Source of the DNA: Marsupella aquatica
Taxonomy: Eukaryota; Plantae; Marchantiophyta
Length of the DNA: 64,000 bases
Reading direction: 5' to 3'
Assembly (NCBI GenBank): GCA_973895155.1
Contig: OZ316893.1
Coordinates: forward strand, 21,498,955 to 21,562,954
The notes under the pieces were generated by a model, which was not told where the DNA came from, searched no databases, and worked only from the letters and a program-made list of their open reading frames with translations. Numbering within the stretch: position 1 is the stretch's first letter; the number at the start of each line of letters is the position of its first letter. A program made the position numbers and the translations under genes. This document shows positions 27,201 through 39,017 of the stretch, in pieces.

Positions 27201-30200
27201 GAGGGAGTAGAGGCTGGACCCCACACATCACTATGTACATACTCAAGTACCTCCTTGTTGGTGTGAGTTCCAACTCCAAAGGGTTTCCTGTGCTACTTCC
27301 CTAGCACACAGTGCTCACAAAATTCCAACTTACAAGATTGTAAATTAGAAAGTAATCCTTTTTTCTGAAGAATAGCCAAACCTTTTTCACTCATGTGGCC
27401 AAAACGGAAGTGCCACAGCCGGGCCGTCTCCTCATGAGATAAGGTTACATTGGCTTGATCACAAACTACACTACCCTCCAAAACGTATAGATTGCAATGT
27501 CTCTTTCCCTTCAATACAACTTTAGTACCAGTTGAAACCTGAAGGACACCATTAGCAGAACTCCACTGATGGCCATTTGCCTCTAAAACTCCAAGTGAAA
27601 TGAGATTTTTCATCATGGAATATGTCTCACATTCCTCAATGTTCTCACAGCACCATCAAACATCTGAAATCTTACAGATCCAAGTCCAACAACTTGACAT
27701 GGGATTCCATTTCCCATCAACACTGACCCGTGGAAACCGTGTAAGAATTGAAACAATCTCTTCTAGAGCAAATATGAAAAATACATGCACTATCTAGAAT
27801 CCAGTCATCACTACCTGGATTTGACACTACGTTGAGAGCATAACCTTGACATCACAATATGCCATCATCATCGAGTAAATCTACCTCATGCGAGCTCGAT
27901 GCCGCGTTAGCAGAGGCAGTAGGGACCTTTACTCGACAATCTCTTTTCATGTGACCATGCTTGCCACAATTCCAACATGCAAGAGGCTTCCTCTCTTGCA
28001 ATTTCCCTCTGGATTTAGATCTCCCCCGTGATGTAGATCTAAACCTGTTCTGCCCATTTGTGCGCTGCACTGCTCTTCCTCTGTTCACATTCAGCGCAGT
28101 GCCAGAAGAAGATGTTGTCTGTGATTGACCCAGCTTCTTCTGAGCATCATCAGACAGTAATGAGCTCACCACCTCATTATACGAAATGAACTTCAGATCT
28201 CTGTACAAGAGCACCTGTTTCAAGCCCTGATATGATGGCGGTAAGGAGCTTAGCAGAAGCAAGGCCTTATCCTCATCTTCAACTCCTTTTCCCAGGTTTG
28301 ACAAATTCACCGCTAGACTGTCAAATTCATCCAGGTGATCCTGCATCTTGCTCCCTTGCTTGAGCCTGAGGCTCATTAAAAGAGACTTCTTGTATAGCCG
28401 GTCTGACGCATCTTCCCGGTAGTACTTCTCTCTTAGAGCCTTGAACAGTGACACGCAATCCGCATAATCATCCAGCTGCTTGATGATGTGCGGCTTGAGA
28501 TATAGCATCATTGCATTGACAGCAATCACCTGCTCCTATGTCCACTGCCTCACTAAAATCTCCTCCTCTCCATCATACTGCTCTCGCGAAGAGAGCAGAT
28601 GAGCTAAGCCCATGGCCCGTAGAACACCCTTCACTTGCTTCTCCCACAGCAAGTAGTTAGTACGACCATCGTACGTCTCCACCTCAAACTTCACTCCTCC
28701 AAATCTAGTCATCTTCCTCTTCTTCCCTACTACCGACAGCTCTGGTAGTAGTACAGCTTCCTCCACTGCACGCCGCACCGGTGATCATACCAGAGCGATG
28801 CGGGTTTACCAAGTTCCGCGCAATGTAGTATCATCTCCCTCAACAGGAAGAACCTAGAAAAACCCCGATGGAAATCTGAACCCACGATGATATCAAAATC
28901 GAAGATACCACCCCCTTCCACGGCTGGCTTCCTGCTCGGGATGCCTACCATTCCAATTTTGTCACTAGTTCTTCCTCAAACGATAGCAGCTCCTCCTCAG
29001 ACTCTCCGTCTGACCGTCGCGATCCTGAAGCTCCACCGACGCCAATTCTTCCAGTATCGGAAGTCACTCATATGAAACAATCACGAAAAAACGTCTTTTT
29101 TTGAAACTTCTCATAAAACTCAAAACTCAACACCGCCGCGTAGCCCACAAAGCTAGGAGTCCAATACTGAAAGCCAAAATCAAAATCAAAATTCGATAGA
29201 AAAGTTATTCAAATTTTGGTCGGGGTGGGTAAAACCTTGGGAAACTCCCCCGTTTTGACCACCTCGGAGAATAACCAAAATACCAAGTACAACCTGTTGT
29301 CGGAATTGCGATGTGATCGGTGCACCGCGTTGCTAACTCCAGTGACAACGTCCTCGCCAAAAAAGAACCAAAAAGGTTACGGTTCGACGAACAAAATCTT
29401 TGTTGGACGGCCGAAAAATAGCTCTCTGTTTTTTGGGAATATTCCTGCACAGTCCGACAGGTCTCATAGGGGGCCATTCCCCCTGTCGGAGCAATTAAAA
29501 TGGAGGGTGGCAGGTCCCGGCACAAGAGGAAAAGCAAGGGGAAAGAAAAAAGGTTTAAAATAGGTCCTAAAGGGGTGTAAATGCCCCTTAAGCTCAAAAA
29601 AACGTGCATCCGTGTAGCGCATACGCGAGGCGGGCCAGGCAAACTACACGGTATACGTGAGTATGGCCGGGGTACGCCCAGGCAAATACGGGCGTAAAGG
29701 GGCATGACAGGGCGCGGCCGGATGGAGCCCCCTGGCGTTTAGGTAGTATAGAGGCGCGTATGGGGGCAGGGGCGCGCACGGCGAAGGAGGGTCCGCCGGC
29801 AGCCCGAGGCCGTGTGGGTGCTCCGGCTGAATGGGAGACGGGGAGGGGAAAAGGCGGGCAAGGGGGGGGGGGCGTAACGGGGGCGCGGGAGGCACGGAGG
29901 TGGTATAGAGGTGAGCGCGCGAGCGTGCAGAATGCGCCGGCCGGCGCTGCGCAGCTCGGCGCTGCGCCTTGTTTAACGGGAACCGGGGGGGAGAAAAAAT
30001 GGGTATGCGGAATTGGGGGTATACAGTGTGTGTATACTGACACACTAAAAGGGTGTGTCAAACCCCTTTAAAAGCAGAAGTTAACCCTTAAAAAGAAAAG
30101 GCCTTGTTACAAACCTTGCCGCTTCCGCATTACACAAGCAAAGTGAACACCGTCAACGAGAAAAGTTGCCAAATTGCAACAGCACAGTCTGCAGCTCCAG

Positions 30201-31133
30201 CAGAGTAGAAAATTTCTGCCGCGTCGCCTTCACTCCGCGTCAAGTGCCAATGTCGGGCTCAAAACGATCACCTCGCCGCGATCAAACCATTGAGCCGTAG
30301 CACTTCGCGTCTCTTCCACCGAGTCGGACGTCACGAAGAGAAACCCGGTTCAGATGTGAACAAGCTCCATAGCTTGTGAAAAAACCTGAACGCCTCCTTC
30401 ACTCGTCACGACATACTCGGTAACAACTCGGCAGCAATCCAGCTACCGAAACGACCAGCTCGCTTCAACCTTCAACTTGAGTTATAATGTGCGATCCCCC
30501 GATCACCGCAAAGCTCACACTGTTGAAAAACATGAACTCTGGTCTCTCCCCCGAAAAATCGTCGAACATGAATAAACCCTGAACAACGCAAACTTCAATT
30601 CCTCTGCACCACGGATACCAATCAGCGAGTTCTAACCACCGTTAGAAAGCCCTCTCACTAACCTATCCGCTCAGCCACACAAATTGGAGTTTCATGCGAC
30701 GAAACTCCGAATGTGCCACCGACAATGAACGCTGGAAAAACCTGTCACGAAAAAACCTCGTCACCTCCCAGGCATGCTCTGATACCACTTGTTAAGCATA
30801 GAAGACATTCGCAACGGCAAGCCCATGAACTATCCAACGCACAATAGTCGACACAAAGAGATACGTGGTTCACCTCCACATGAGGCTACGTCCACGGGAA
30901 CACACAAGAGCTTTACTGTACTCTAGGCCGACCGGCCATACCAAGCATCCACAGCACAAGCTCTCCCTATCTCTCAACTAGCTCTGTAACAATGAGCCTA
31001 AGTTCCGCCAGGGTCTAGCATCAACCCTGGCTATATGCACACCAGCACTACCGCTAACATTAGCTAAGTCCTAACTAGAGTTAGACTAACTGTGGTTAGC
31101 TCATGAGTCACAAGACTAGAGCAATATTTAACA
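24242..31133 (-). mobile_element. Full-length Ty1/copia LTR retrotransposon, decayed
   Basis: 344-bp LTRs at 24242-24585 and 30790-31133. TSD TGTCA at 24237-24241 and 31134-31138. PBS (reverse complement TGGTATCAGAGC) at 30776-30787. PPT AAGGGGGAGTT at ~24586-24596. gag/PR/IN/RT/RH fragments on the minus strand. Confidence 0.97.
24794..28712 (-). pseudogene. Disrupted gag-pol of copia element 2
   Basis: Fragments 28536-28778, 27852-28529 (CWNCGKHGHMKRDC zinc knuckle), 27293-27616, 27044-27226, 26696-26911, 25814-26641, 25568-25804 and 24794-25561. Stops plus an internal RT deletion. Confidence 0.93.
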
Positions 31134-31552
31134 TGTCATTCGCACTTAAGGCACATTGAATTAAGTGCACAAATTGTAGCATCTTTGTGTCATAAAATTT
31201 AATTGTACTTTTCATTGGTCACTATGTGCTTTTATTTGCATGTGCTTTACTTATATTAATTTATCCCATTCACGTTTACTATGTATTGTAGTTCTACTCT
31301 CTTATTTTATTCACTTACACATCACTACCAGACAAAAAGTCAAGCATGTTCCAGGATGAGCATGCTATATGTGCATTGTTCTGCTATTTTGTCTTAGAAT
31401 TAATCCAATCCCCACCTAGACGCAAATATCAATCCAATCTCATTAAGAGCAGGGCACACAGGTTTCATACAAGTGAACTCAATCGCAAAGGGAGGAGTTG
31501 AAAGGACCACCTGCACCAGGTGGAAGAAGAGGGAGTGGTGGACTTTTAAGGC

Positions 31553-31572
31553 TTAGGGTTTAGGGTTTAGGG
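31553..31572. promoter_or_regulatory. Telo-box cluster (TTAGGGTTTAGGGTTTAGGG) upstream of EBP1 copy 1
   Basis: About 3 tandem plant telomere units ~770 bp upstream of the ATG. TAGGGTTT also occurs in intron 1 of both EBP1 copies. Telo-boxes are known in promoters of plant translation and ribosome-biogenesis genes. Confidence 0.5.
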
Positions 31573-32341
31573 TCTTTCTTTCACTTTCTCTTCTTCTTGT
31601 TTGCAATGTTCAGCGATTGGTGTGGTGCAATTTCATCTCAGAATTCATCTCATCCAATCCCAACCTTGACTCAAATCCCAGTCCCATCTGGTTTCCAAGC
31701 AGACCAGACAGCTTTCTTACCGCCTGGTCAAGCGGGAGGACTTGAAAGGGCCATCCAAACCAACTGGTTAGGCCAGTAGGCCAGGGGATGAGCCTAGAAC
31801 TGAAAGGCCCCAGGTGTACAATCCCCCTTCCACATACAAGGGTGTGGAGGGTATATGTGTCTGGGTGGGATAGATCATGTGGATAGTGGATGAAAGTTCT
31901 GATTTTATCCTTAGCCCCTGGTTGTCCACTATGCTGCCCTGATTTAATCCTCTCCCTCGTGCCCTCGTGGTGCGGGATCCGTACTGAGATGGGTTCCCTA
32001 CATACAATGAATGTATATCACTATTGGGGTGGGGAGAGTCTAGAAAGTGTTTTTACTCATTTCCCTTCAAGACCAAAAGCAAATGAAAGGGCCCATCCAC
32101 AGCAGGTGAGAGGAGGGACAGGAGGGGTGGAGAAGGAGGGTTTTGGTTAGAGAGGGAAAAAAGAGAAGGGGCCATCCACACGAGGTGAGAGGAGGGGTGG
32201 AGAACGAGGGTTTTGGAGCGAGAGAGAGGGTTTGGATTTGGGGGTTTTGTTCTGAGTTGGGCACAGACACACACGAATGCACACGAATACAGAGGAGAAG
32301 AAATTTGCTTATATCACATTGGGAGTTTGAGAACAACAGCA

Positions 32342-35300
32342 ATGTCGGACGAGGAGACGAAGGACGAGAAGGAGCTCGATCTCTCATCTGCGGACGTCGT
32401 TACAAAGTATAAAAATGCTGCCGAAATTGCCAATAGTAAGCCCTCATGCCCTTCGTTTCGTTTGCCATTCGTTTCTTCGCATGTTTCGTCTCGCTGATTC
32501 TTAGGGCTTATAGTTTTGCGTGGAGAGGTTTAGAATCGGGGGATGTGATTAGGGTTTAGTGTATGTGCGTGCACGAGCATGAAGCAGTTGATTACGGGGC
32601 AGGTCCTGAAATTATCAAATTCTTGGGCCAGCGAGGTTTTCATATTCGGCTATGAAAGGCAAACGGTAACCCTTGTCACAAAATGGAAGTTTACTGGTGA
32701 TACGAGCGCACAGATGGCGGAAACCTGTGAGGACGGTGTTGGGCGCTTTCCCTGGTGTGTCTTCCGAAGAAAGAGGCTTTTTAATCGTGCGCAAGGCGAG
32801 GCCTAATTGTGATATCCTTTGTGTGCACGTTCCATCATTGCAGAGGCATTGCAATTGGTGCTGCAGGAAATTAAATCGGGAGTGAAAATCGTCGACCTTT
32901 GCGAGAAGGGAGATACTTTAATTAGAGAGTACGCCCTAAACCCTCTTTTGTTTCCTATTTTCCGTCTTTGTCCAACCCTTCACTATCCCATGGCCACGAA
33001 TTGTGGCCGGTGATGGGGACAATGGATCAGATCATGTGGGCTATTGCTTTTGACTGCTTTCTAACTACCGAATCTCGGGCTTGGGCATCAACGTTATGCC
33101 TGGCACTAAAGTCGTATCTGTCATTTGGCTCCTGGCAGTCTAACGGCAAATGTATTCAAAAATTCGAAGAAGAAAATTGAGAAAGGAGTAGCGTTTCCTA
33201 CCTGTGTCTCAGTCAATAATACTGTCTGCCATTTTTCACCCTTGGCAAGCGATGAGACAACACTCGTCGCCAACGATATCGTCAAAATGTAAGTTTCGTT
33301 GTCATACCTTGTCATTGTATTCGACAGTACCCACCAATATTGAAGGTATCTCAGGGTTCGTTGAAGGTTTTACTTCTCTTACATGGTGTCTGTCTACATC
33401 TTCAGTTTCTACGCGTTAGCAGAAAGTGTTCCACTGTACATAGGTCTCACACTGGGCGGCTTTTATTTGCAGCGACCTGGGTGTCCACATCGATGGATTC
33501 GTCGCCGTCGTCGCCCACACCCATGCACTTCAAGAGGGCCCCGTAACGGGCAGAGCAGCAGATGTGATCGCAGCAGCAAACACTGCCGCAGAGGTTGCCA
33601 TTCGGTTGGTCAGGCCAGGACGGAAGGTGAGGGGGGTTCGACACGAACAGATGGTCCTTATATTGTTTGACGGTCATGAATTTGTACCTTCGATAATTTG
33701 ATAACACTAATGAAGACCTCTCAAGAGTTGATGCATGCAAGCAGGTCACATCCTTACAGAATGTCTCTGATTTGTGAGTTTATTTGGTCGGTCCCGTCCT
33801 ACCTTAAATATGGTCATGCATTTTAAAATTTACCGTGCTTGTTACTTTCGTCCAGAATAAGGACGTAACAGAGGCCTTGCAAAAGGTGGCTGCTGCCTAT
33901 GATTGCAAAATTGCGGAGGGGGTGCTGAGTCACCAAATGAAGCAGTTCGTTATAGATGCCAACAAAGTTATTCTAAGTGCTGCAAACCCGGATACTCGTG
34001 TTGACGATGCCGAGTTCGAGGAAAATGAGGTTTATGCGATTGACATCGTCACCAGTACGGGTGATGGCAAGGTATGGTATCGAATGGCTTTGCTTGTTGC
34101 AAAAAGAGCGCGATCGGTACTTTGGTTGTGAGAAGCGGAGTATGCTCAATGCCTTTCATTAATTTGGACGAGGTCGTACAGTCGTTGATTCTTGAATCTG
34201 ATTTTCCAAGTCATATGGGATTCGCTAGCAAATCAGCAGTTGTGTTCATCAACAATTGATTTCACGTGTACTCAAGTAAACCCCTGGCTTTGGTGTGTGC
34301 AGCCAAGGTTACTGGATGAGAAGCAAACGACTGTCTACAAACGTGCAGTAGACAAAAATTATCACCTGAAGATGAAAGCCTCAAGGTTCATCGTTAGTGA
34401 GATCAACACAAAGTTCCCAGTTATGCCTTTCACCGCCAGGTATCTTTCTCGATCTTCCTCCTTCCCCAGGTCTTTCCCTGCAGGATGTGCATATCATGGG
34501 GTTCTTAGGAGGGATTGTCTCTGCATGACGGGGAATATGGTGGTCGTTGGATGTGTGTTCAATGACGGTGTGAAGTGTTGCATTACCTTTAATTAGGTGA
34601 ATGATCCTGTCATATTCAGATATCACAGTGATTTGAGCGTGGAATCGTTGTGAATTTGTATAGGGCACTGGAAGAAAAGCGGGCGCGTCTTGGCCTTGTG
34701 GAATGTGTAAACCATGAGCTGCTTATGCCATACCCGGTCCTGCACGAGAAGCCAGGTGCGCTCATGGCTCAGTCACGCGTTTATTTAGAATTTGTATATG
34801 CATGCGAGTTTTCTCCTCATGGTGTGTGTTGGGATTACGTGCTTTTAACCGTAGCAGATCCCTTGGTTCCTTGCAGGTGATCTCGTTGCCCACATCAAGT
34901 TCACTGTGCTGCTAATGCCTAACGGTTCAGATAGAATCACTGGTCATCCTCTTCAAGAGCTTGAGCCAACTAAACCTCTAGAGGATGCAGATGTCAAGGG
35001 CTGGTTGGCTTTAGGAACAAAAGCCAAGAAGAAAGGTGGTGGAAAGAAAAAGAAAGGTGCAGCGCCCCGCCATGTCTGAGTACATTTTGTGTTGTCATTG
35101 CCCATTTTGCATTTCTGAAGTATTTTTTCAGTGAGTTCTTCCAGGGTCGAACTTGTGATGCTATGAGCAGTGCTTTTCCGTAGGATTGAAGGAAAGTATG
35201 CCAGACAGTCGGGTGCACAGAATGCAGCGACTTTGCGTGTAAATGTGGTCACATGTTAGCTGTTTGAAGACTAATGATCTCATGTTCACACTTTTATGCA

Positions 35301-35381
35301 GGCAAGAAAAGTGAGGGCCAAGATGATGCTACTGAGGTGACTGCAGAGGCAGGAGAGGTAGAGAGTATGGATACCACTTAG
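32342..35381 (+). CDS. EBP1: ErbB3-binding protein 1 / proliferation-associated 2G4 (MetAP2-fold), copy 1
   Basis: Exons approx. 32342-32435, 32844-32928, 33139-33288, 33473-33626, 33856-34071, 34303-34439, 34663-34755, 34877-35056, 35302-35381. Motifs [94 protein letters not shown], and a Lys-rich C-terminus. Confidence 0.95.
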
Positions 35382-37126
35382 TTGGATATGGAGACTAGAA
35401 GGGAACATGGGGAGGTAGTAGCTGTGGATAGCTTACTACATTGCTTGTTCCTGGGTAGTTTTGCCGGACAGCTTACCATCAAGCACTGGTATGCTGAGTG
35501 GGCAACTTCGTTTTAGATTAGATTGTGTTGTAACGTTGAGTAGAAGCCATTCCTTCACCTGAAATTTTGTTCTTGATCTCCCATGAGCCTTTCATATTGT
35601 ATGTGAAATGTGATGTCTCCTATCAAGGGGCTTCTCTAGGAGAAGCTGATCCTCTAAACTTTGTCAGGTTACTTGTCCTTTGTGCTGGAGAACGTCTCTT
35701 GGCTTCACTGACCGCAGGATATGCGTAAGTTCTGTTGGAATTATGAAGTCTTCTAATTCTACTCCCAAATGGGTTTGGTTGAGGGATATACTTCATGTTT
35801 CACAAAGATCTATTCGGTACTGAGGTTTCTAATGCTCCTACTCTGCCACCAAATAATCTTTGCGGAGGGGCTGGTGCCAGGGCTGGTTGGGGAAGCGACT
35901 GGTCCCTGTGCGCTCGTTTTCCTGTTTATGTTGACGGAATTGTCAAGGAACATATTAGGCACGTGGATTTGATTTTATCTCGATTTGTTTTCTTCTTGGC
36001 TGTGCCTCTAACTACTTTCGTGCTTTACTTTCAAATACGCGGAGGTTGTACATTTAAGAAAACGCAATCAATCCAGCCGGACATTGTCAAATTCTAATCT
36101 AGCAATTATGAGAGACACCTCTGCGCACATGACCCCGCAGTTATAGTATTCTTGAATCAAGCGATGCAAGTGCTGGCTACCCCTTTCTCTCTCCGGAGAA
36201 GTTGGTAAAGAACGGGGATCTCCATAGTTTGTGCAACGCAGGGATTTCTTGTTAGTGTGCTCAGTCTTTTATACAGCTCCCAGGTGTAGATAAACCAGCA
36301 TCAAACGCGCAAGATGAGATCTGCTAACATAGGGCCCGGCAGTTTGTGACAGTTTCCTAGCTCCCAAGCGGAGATAAATCAGCATGAAACACTCAGAAAT
36401 GAGATCTCCTAACATTGGACCCAACCGTATGTTACATTTTCCCAGCTCCCAGGCGGAGGTAGATCAGCCGTAGAAATGAGATATAACATAGCACCCAACA
36501 GTTTGAAACGAGAGCCATCGGCGAGCTTGCGAAAGTGTGTCAGTCTCCACGCAGGTAATCTCTTACCTTCAGTTTAGCATGCAAAAGTTCCCCCCGGTTC
36601 TGGGATGACGACTCCATGTGGCACTTTCTTTCCTTTGTGATGGAATTCGTTTGTTTCCACACCGGTGGTGACCTTTGACCGAGCCGTCAGTTTTCTGTGT
36701 CGGAGACTCAACCTTGTCAGTGTCGTGGAAGGCAAGGTACATGGGTGCGTCAGGATTGAAGCAGTGCCAAATCGTGCGGTGTATTGGCTCGTCCGAAATG
36801 CGGTGTTCGCCGCTCCTGTTTCTGTTGTTGCCAAGCCTTTTGTTCGATTCATAAGCACAAGTTGGTCTGAGCTAACTGAAAACTGTCCCGAAAACATCCT
36901 GAGGATTATGGAGCGGTATGTTGGCTCTTCCGCAATGCATTGTTCGCCGCCCCGGTTCTCTGATGTTGCCAAAGGCTATTGCTCGATTCATAAGTGTAAT
37001 TTGTTGTGGGCTAAGTGATGACTTTTTGCCGAAAACATTCTCAGGATTCTGGAGCTATCGTGGACTGTAGCTAAGGGAAAACAATTACTAAATTCATAAT
37101 CGTATTCATAATTTTAGGTGAGTAAC

Positions 37127-37260
37127 TTACACATTTATTCCTCTCTACGATTCCGTGAGCTAAAGGACACAGCTTGTTGTAGAGAGAGTGCGTTACACAT
37201 TTATTCCTCTCTACGATTCCGTGAGCTAAAGGACACAGCTTGTTGTAGAGAGAGTGCGTT
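37127..37260. repeat. Perfect 66-bp tandem duplication
   Basis: ttacacatttattcctctctacg...gagagagtgcg at 37127 and 37193. Confidence 0.92.
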
Positions 37261-39017
37261 CTGCTCTGTGGTTTGGTTTCTGGGCTTTCACTGCCATGAT
37301 TTCTGTCTTGTCTTTGCGCATGCCGAAGAGGGTGGACTGGTTAGACCCTGGACGTAAGACAGCGACGTTGGAGAACGAAAATTCGACAAAAGGGAAGAAA
37401 TTTGGCTAAAGCGACGTAGGAATCCTCAGACCGCATGAAAGTTTTTCAACCGTTTCTGCCCGATCCGACAGACTTGTAATTCATCTGCCATCTTTGTACC
37501 TCTCCAGTTGGGTTCTCGTAAAGCTCTAACCGCAAGCCTGGATTATATCACTGGAGGATTTTCATCAAAGCTTGGGCGTTACTCAAGCTTGCTTTCGAAT
37601 CAAGCAGCTCCACATCCGGTAGAACCCTGCAGCCAATCGAATGGACCGGAGGTCAGGAAAGTTGAACGAAGTATTCAATCAAAAGTGAACAGAACTTAAG
37701 TAGGATGTGGGTCCCGATCAACTCGCTGTGCAGTGAAAACTTACAACGCATCTCAGCTTCGTAGAACAGTGCCAAACTTGAGTAGAAAGTCTCGGCCATG
37801 GTGAGGGTCCCGATCGACGCGCTTTCATTTTGTAAATTACACCGCAGCGCAGCTCCCCAGAGTAGTTCAACAGTCACTGAATGGTAAAAATTACTAACAA
37901 CGGTTTATACGCCCGGGACCCTGATCGCCAACTCACGTAGCAAACAACTTGCCAACGTTCGAAAAGGTAAAGTGCTCTACTGCAGATCGGCAAGTTACAA
38001 ATTGTGCAGCTTCTGATGACGCCATATCGGCGAAAACTCTTCACTCACCAAGTTGCAGCGAAGTTTGGATCTGGATTAGCCAACTTTTTCAACGATAAGG
38101 TCGACTTAGTGTATTATGAAACCTCGTATAGATTGTTTTCTTCAACAATCTGCAGGAAAAGAAAAAGCAGAATCGGACAGTATATATCCTGGGGTGTTGG
38201 GCGGTCCGTCCCATCCGTCTCGGTTGGAGACCCGCCCAGCCTCCACGTCCGCCAAGGAGGTCTGCATCTGTGAGAGAAGAGGACCAGGAGCTTTGAAACG
38301 GTGATGCCAGGACGCGGAAGAACAAGTCACGTGTGAAATCGGCTCTCTTTTCAATTCTAGTGCTGCCTGAACGGCTGCCAGTCTTCTCAAGCAACTAGCT
38401 TCGTGGAGGTACTGTTTGTCTGTTTGTCTGTCTGTCTGTCTGTGTCCAATCGCTGCCTTTCGAATGCGGGGTGGATCATGCAACTCTCTAGTTTTTGTGC
38501 TATATTTTAGTGGCGGATGCTTCGATCTTCGAGGCTGAACGCAGTCCTTATTTGAGCTTGCGTTCTCAAATCGATCTGCTGTGCGTTTGAAGGCAAGTAA
38601 ATGAAGGCCTTTAATCTATAGCGTGCTGGAGTTCTGAGGGGCTCACGAGGCTCTGGCTATTCTATGGAGAAAAAAACAGGGGTGTGGTCAATTGTTGAGA
38701 GGGCTTACCTTGTAACCAGATTTTTCCACTATATTTTTCCTATGGTTCATTTGAACGCTGTGAAGATCAACTTGCTTTCTAGTAGACCGCCGCACTTCTT
38801 TCCTTGCACCGAGAATGGCGCACCTGTTATCACTTCATTAACTTTCATTGGAGTGATAATGCGACTTGCACCTGATCAAGGTTCCTCCTGGTCACCGTAG
38901 CTACTCCAGCTGAGCCATACAGCCGACACCGAACTTGTCTGGGTCTCAACGTGGAGCTTGTTCTCTGGGATTTCAGTCACAAATTTCTGTTGTTTCAGTC
39001 TTGGAGACCGTCTACAT

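Noticed and set aside
38958-39017. ORF-track start (TTG at 38958) for the membrane protein
   Set aside because: Non-ATG start overlapping a likely intron acceptor (tgtttcag ~38998); ATG 39018 or a nearby ATG is more plausible.
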